Origin: Zootoca vivipara
Lineage: Eukaryota
Length of the DNA: 64,000 bases
Assembly (NCBI RefSeq): GCF_963506605.1
Contig: NC_083288.1
Coordinates: forward strand, 41,478,001-41,542,000
Direction: 5' to 3'
Position 1 is the stretch's first letter. Each line of letters begins with the position of its first letter. Position numbers and translations under genes: made by a program. Of this stretch, positions 60,361-64,000 are shown piece by piece. The notes beneath the pieces were generated by a model that saw only the letters and a list, made by a program, of their open reading frames with translations, had not been told where the DNA came from and did no database searches.

Positions 60361-61323
60361 TTACCAAGTCAACTTTCTCTTCACCAGTCCCATCTTCCTC
60401 CTCTGCAACCTGCCCACTGCCTCCTTCACCTGATCATTCCTCAGACAATAGATCAAAGGATTCAGAAATGGTGTGATTGCTGTATAGAAGAGCGTTACTA
60501 CTTTGGTGGCCTGTGATTGGCTTTCTCCACTTGGAGCTACATACATCCCAGCCACTGTGCCATAGAAAAGGGTGACCACCACTAGGTGGAAGGATATGGT
60601 GGAGAAGGCTTTCATCCGACTGCCTTGTCTAGAAGACTTCATCAGCGTGAGAATCACAGCACCATACGATAGCACAACAAAGAACAGGTTGCCTAGAATA
60701 CCCACAGCATCCATGGAAAACTGGTAGATAATGGGTATGTTTCTGATTGGGGGGCAAGCCAATAGGATAATTGTCCCAGCATCACACATAAAGTGGTCTA
60801 TGATGTTGGGGCCACAGAAGGACAACTTGGAGATCAAAGTAACTGGAACAATGTGCCACAGAAAGCCCAAAACCCAGCAAGTGGCCACCAGGGCATAGCA
60901 GGAGTCTCGGGACATCATTTGTGGGTAGCGCAGTGGGTGGCAGATAGCCAAGTACCGATCCAAAGCCATGGCTGACAGGAAGAAGCACTCTGTCTGGCCA
61001 AGAGAGAAGAAGATGTAGTATTGAAGGAAGCACTCATGGAAGGAGATGACGCCACATGGGAATGCCAGGTCAAATTGCATACGGGGCACAGTGGTGGAGA
61101 CGTAGCATATCTCTAGCCAGGAGAAATTGCTCAAAAGGATGTACATGGGTAGCCGGGCCAACTGGAGATCTGCATGGACCAGTGTGATTATGGTGATGTT
61201 CTCAGCCAAAGTGAGGATGTAGAGCACAGCAAAAATGGCAAGGAGCAAGTGCCGCTTCTGCTGCCCAGTTTGAAAGCCCAGCAAAATGAATTCCACAACT
61301 GTGCTGCCATTGGCCAGCTCCAT
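60361..61323 (-). CDS. Olfactory receptor, family 11-like
   Basis: MELANGS start after acceptor-like TCTCTTCTTGTTCAAG; PMYILLSNFS, MALDRYLAICHPLRY, HFMCD, PFLNPLIYCLRN. Confidence 0.93.
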   Translation of the reverse strand: MELANGSTVVEFILLGFQTGQQKRHLLLAIFAVLYILTLAENITIITLVHADLQLARLPMYILLSNFSWLEICYVSTTVPRMQFDLAFPCGVISFHECFLQYYIFFSLGQTECFFLSAMALDRYLAICHPLRYPQMMSRDSCYALVATCWVLGFLWHIVPVTLISKLSFCGPNIIDHFMCDAGTIILLACPPIRNIPIIYQFSMDAVGILGNLFFVVLSYGAVILTLMKSSRQGSRMKAFSTISFHLVVVTLFYGTVAGMYVAPSGESQSQATKVVTLFYTAITPFLNPLIYCLRNDQVKEAVGRLQRRKMGLVKRKLTW

Positions 61324-62142
61324 CTTGAACAAGAGAAGAGAAACACTGTTGCAAACCATTAAGAAGTATTGCCTGCCCCCCCTCTCTTTCCATCGAAAGC
61401 AAAGGATGAATAGTCATGGTCTTTAATGAGCGCAGAAGTACAGCCAACCTCCTTCCAGCTTCATTTTAACTTACATATGATTATTATCGAGAGGTACCTG
61501 TTTCTTCTAATTAGGTATCAGATATGACATATAACTAGTGATTAGGTTCCATGCATTTTATCTTTATTGATTTATGTATTCATTTGCTTATTGAAAAAAC
61601 TGATAGACTGCTTGCTCAGAAGACCTTTTGTGTACATAACAGCATAGAGAGAAAACTGAAAAAACAAATAGATAAATTGCAGCCAGATTATACTGTTTAT
61701 GTCCAAAATATGTTATTATGCAATCATCAGGATTTGATTAATGATGCTGGTCTTGAAGTATTAGGAATATAGGAAGCTGCCGTACAACAAGTCAGACCAT
61801 TGGTCCATCTTCCTCAGTATTGCCCACACTTATTGGCAGAGGCTCTCAAGACCTTCAAAGAGGGGTCTCTCTCTCTCCCAGGAGATTGAATTTGTGACCT
61901 TCTGATTCAAAGCAGCTGCTCTACAATTGAGCCATGGCCTTTCCCAAGTATTCTGAAGCTATCTATGACTGCTAAAATGTATGTAGCAGGAAACTGGAAA
62001 AAAAGTTCCCCTATCCTCATTGTTATCTGAGTAATATTTGAGAATACGGAATATGGCAGGTCTTTCTAAATGGGGGTAGATACGTTTTAGACCTCCAAAT
62101 TTTGTTGGATACCATCTCTGAGTAATTCTTATGACAGCCCTG

Positions 62143-62491
62143 TAAAGGTAAAGGTAAAGGACCCCTGGATGGTTAAGTCCAGTCAAAGGCGACTATGGGG
62201 TTGCGGTGCTCATTTCAGGCCGAGGGAGCCGACGTTTGTCCACAGACAGCTTTCCGGGTCATGTGGCCAGCACGACTAAACTGCTTCTGGTGGAACAGAA
62301 TACTGTGACAGAAGCCAGATTGCACAGAAATGCCGTTTACCTTCCCACCACAACGGTACCTATTTTGTACTGCTAGGTTGGCAAGAGCTGGGACGGAGCA
62401 ACGGGAGCTCACCCCGTCATGGGGATTCGAACCGCCGACCTTCCGATCGGCAAGTCCAAGTGGCTTAGTCATTTAGACCACAGCACCACCT
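62143..62491 (-). mobile_element. Sauria SINE (more diverged subfamily)
   Basis: (AAAGGT)n at left, GGATTCGAACC B box at right. Confidence 0.88.
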
Positions 62492-64000
62492 TGTTTCTCT
62501 CTCTAAGGCAGGTGCTCCTTCTATTGTTGTTGTCATTAATCTGTAAACTTCTCTGGGATTACAAGTTGGGGAGAAAAGCTACAAAGAGATAAGTAAGTAA
62601 GTAAGTAAGTAAGTGACGATCCTCTCTCTATCAGGTGATGCTTTATAATGGCGAATCAACATTTCTTTGCCCGTAATCTTATTTCTGGAGAAGGGAGCCC
62701 ATTCAAATTAATCCCTCTCTGTCTCTCACCCCAGTCTCCTTTGTCTTGGTAAAGGTTTCAGTTTCTGTATCTCAGCATGCAAGCAGTTGATCCATCCAGC
62801 AGAAGGCTCACTACCATGGCTGTGTCCAAGTTTGGAGAGGGTGTTGTGTGTGAAAGAAATATATGGTTGTTTCCTGTGTCTTTTAGCTGTGAACTGGGTG
62901 TACTCTGTGGAAAGAGATGGTTGGCCTGTCTGTGGACTAATGCTTGAATTCTACTGTTATATTTTCAAGAGCCCTTGGAGATGTGTCTCTAAGGATCGTT
63001 CTCATTATTCACCAAAACAAACGCTCTTTGGGGGCAGGCCATTTGCATTTGCTGTGGTGAAACACAGGAAAGTTCCACAGGTAATTGTCCATTATTTTGA
63101 GTTGAAAGCACTAAATTGTCCAGGGGACAGTGCCTAGGATCCAGATTTGGGGCAAGTACTTTTTGGTGAGAGAGCCCCAGCAGAGATTTAAAATTACAAA
63201 TCACATAGCAAAGAGGCTGCTAGACCTTTAAAACAGCCCCTTCCAATTTTCTTCCAGTTTCCCACTTCCCTTAACATAGAAAAAGAACACACATTTGGTA
63301 AGTTAAAAATGGTTTCCTTACAAGCTCTTCAAAGCTCAGATTCATGTGCTTTTCCATACAGCAGCAAGAAAAGACAAGCAGTTTGACTTAGGTTACAAAA
63401 AGTGGTAAAGGTTTCTAAATTATTTGTATAGAAACACAAAGATTGCTTGCTAAAGCCATGTCGTCTGGGCTTGGAGCAACCAGTCCAGACATCCTTATGG
63501 TTGGTTATGTGATGGAAAGATGGGAGAAGAAAGAGTAAACCTTCCTCTTAAGGTGAGGGTGTGTGACCTAGCTAAGCCTGGCAGGACACCCTACTCTATG
63601 GTCTTAAGCCTTTCCTGCATTAATTAGAGCTAAGCATATTGGTTATACGAGGCTGGATTTATCCCACACACAACTTGGGCACCTTTAAAACAGGACTAGA
63701 CACATTAATTGAGGATAGGGCTATTAATGGCTGCTAGCCACAATGGCTACACTCTTTCTCCACTGTCAGAGGTGGTATGCCTTTGACTATCAGGTGCTAG
63801 GAAATGCAGTTGGGAAGAGTGCTGTTTCAGGTCTTGCTTGTGAGCTTCCTGGTGGCCACTGTGAGACCAGGTTGTTGGTGCCTGATGCATCGGAGGTCTT
63901 TTTAAGTGCCTAATATCATAGTGCCGTGATTCCAATTTATGGCTGGGCCACATTTAGATAGGGTGTAGAGCCACCACACACACAAAAAGAGAATATTGTA

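Overview
Vertebrate genomic DNA from a squamate reptile, most likely a lacertid lizard. This is inferred from its repeats: Sauria SINE, BovB, Squam-type SINEs, CR1, L1, L2, Penelope-like pLTRs and many hAT/TcMar MITEs. The gene order matches the block known from human 14q11.2. A spliced 5'TOP-type non-coding host unit (13.5-18 kb) carries two tandem SNORD126 copies and SNORA79. It is followed by CCNB1IP1/HEI10 (3 coding exons, 274 aa, +), TTC5 (10 coding exons, 440 aa, +), and four OR11-like olfactory receptor genes on the - strand, one of which has a single 1-bp frameshift. The first 11.3 kb is a rearranged local duplication in which a 1.6-kb block is inverted exactly at GGATCC palindromes. 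Most notable: (1) tandem duplication of a whole exon+intron+SNORD126 module; (2) apparent separation of the snoRNA host (own polyA signal) from CCNB1IP1 (second CpG promoter with germline-type motifs); (3) a head-to-head Sauria SINE palindrome abutting the last CCNB1IP1 acceptor; (4) hammerhead-like cores in Penelope-like pLTRs; (5) a 90-bp MITE bracketing TTC5 exon 1. All identifications are by eye and from memory of these families; no database search was run.
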